NCBI RefSeq assembly: GCF_003918875.1
Contig: NW_025765503.1
Location: 1,550,001 to 1,614,000, forward strand
DNA length: 64,000 nt
From: Haliotis rubra
Lineage: Eukaryota
Reading direction: 5' to 3'
Of the stretch, positions 63,191 through 64,000 are shown in pieces; position 1 is the first letter of the stretch; each line of letters opens with the position of its first letter. The translations under genes and the position numbers were made by a program. Below the pieces are notes generated by a model. It saw only the letters and a program-made list of their open reading frames with translations, ran no database searches and was not told the origin of the DNA.

Positions 63191-63907
63191 ACCATCATCA
63201 CTGCATTGTCCGTGCTTGTCGCCTCTGCCGTGGCCCAGGTGCCTTTCGGAAAGGGATCCTTCGGTGTTGCCACTGTTGGCGTTGCTGGTTCAGGCTACGG
63301 CTACAACCCTTACATCAAGAACCATCCTTACAACGACTACAACCCCTACAACAACTACGGCTACAATAAACGCGTTGGGAAAGATGCTGGACTTGGATCT
63401 TTCGTTGGTGACAAGGGACACGGCTACGGTTACAATTCCTACAACGGTCTCGGCAATGGTGTTGGTCTTGTAAGAAATGGACTTCTTGGACACAACGGAC
63501 ACGGTCTCGTTGGACCCGTTGCAGTTGGACACGCTGTTGCTGGTCGCGGGCATGGTTACGGCTACAACCCTTACAACAACAACTACGGCTACGGTAAGAA
63601 CGTCGGACATGGAGCTGGTCTTGTTGGAAATGGAGTCCATGGACACGCCGGACATGGCCTTGCTGGACCCCTAGCGGTTGGACACGGTGTTGCTGGTCAT
63701 GGGTATGGCTACGGTTACAACCCTCACAACAACTACGGCTACGGTAAGAACGTCGGACATGGAGCTGGCCTTGTAGGAAATGGAGTTGTTGGACATGGCC
63801 CTTTCGTTGGACACGGAGATTCTGGACACGGTGTTTATGGACATGATGGACCTTTTGTTGGTCATGGTGTTACTGGGTCCTTCGTCAGTTCCCTCTACTA
63901 CCACTAG
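63191..63907 (+). CDS. Secreted Gly/His/Tyr/Asn-rich protein, copy 9 (exon 2, 238 aa; most divergent, full tail ...SSLYYH); exon 1 not located
   Basis: Acceptor TTTTCAG at 63190; TIITALSVLVASAVA-Q signal remainder; GHG/GYGYNPYNN repeats; AATAAA 63990. Confidence 0.82.
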   Translation, partial: TIITALSVLVASAVAQVPFGKGSFGVATVGVAGSGYGYNPYIKNHPYNDYNPYNNYGYNKRVGKDAGLGSFVGDKGHGYGYNSYNGLGNGVGLVRNGLLGHNGHGLVGPVAVGHAVAGRGHGYGYNPYNNNYGYGKNVGHGAGLVGNGVHGHAGHGLAGPLAVGHGVAGHGYGYGYNPHNNYGYGKNVGHGAGLVGNGVVGHGPFVGHGDSGHGVYGHDGPFVGHGVTGSFVSSLYYH

Positions 63908-64000
63908 AGACGTGCCCTTATATGCTGCCTGATGTATGAGTGGTTTTCTTGTTCTATTGATACTGTTTTGTATTACTAAACGAATGGAAAATAAAGTTGA

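Noticed and set aside
20101-63904. Long antisense (V/A/S/T-rich) and shifted-frame (MATTPTTTT) ORFs over every array gene
   Set aside because: Shadows of GGN/TAC/AAC/GTT codon repetition. Only the Gly-rich frame has a signal peptide, splice sites, promoter and polyA signal.

Overview
AT-rich animal genomic DNA, probably a mollusc (gastropod-like); that assignment is inferred from the SINE, HINE and microsatellite repertoire and is not proven. There are two parts. (1) Positions 1-16854 are the right-hand portion of an endogenous Polinton/Maverick (adintovirus-like) element. It encodes the end of an adenain-type cysteine protease, an A32-like packaging ATPase, a stand-alone BIR (IAP-like) protein, two Polinton-type conserved ORFs, a protein-primed PolB (C2H2 zinc fingers, terminal protein, OTU-like module, Endo VII, exo/pol) broken by one frameshift, and a PC4-like protein. 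It also holds three tandem hairpins, a 5-exon type I membrane glycoprotein gene missed by the ORF track, small accessory ORFs and a terminus reading 5'-AGTAGT on the minus strand. (2) Positions ~16.9-64 kb are a tandem/inverted array of nine paralogous genes for secreted Gly/Tyr/Asn/Val/His-rich low-complexity proteins. Each has an ATG-AAG micro-coding first exon (located for eight copies), a signal peptide, GYGYNPYNN repeats and a C-terminal GHGx(Y/F) block resembling squid-beak HBP coacervation motifs. Seven copies have a paired inverted E-box plus TATA promoter. Six copies share an in-frame TGA-C ahead of a usually still-open 21-codon tail, and two copies are truncated at the same Tyr codon by different stops. 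Spacers hold SINEs (one duplicating a start codon as its TSD), a LINE RT relic, a MITE with a nested Helentron-type HINE, Tc1 and Penelope relics, segmental and inverted duplications, and a 288-N gap.
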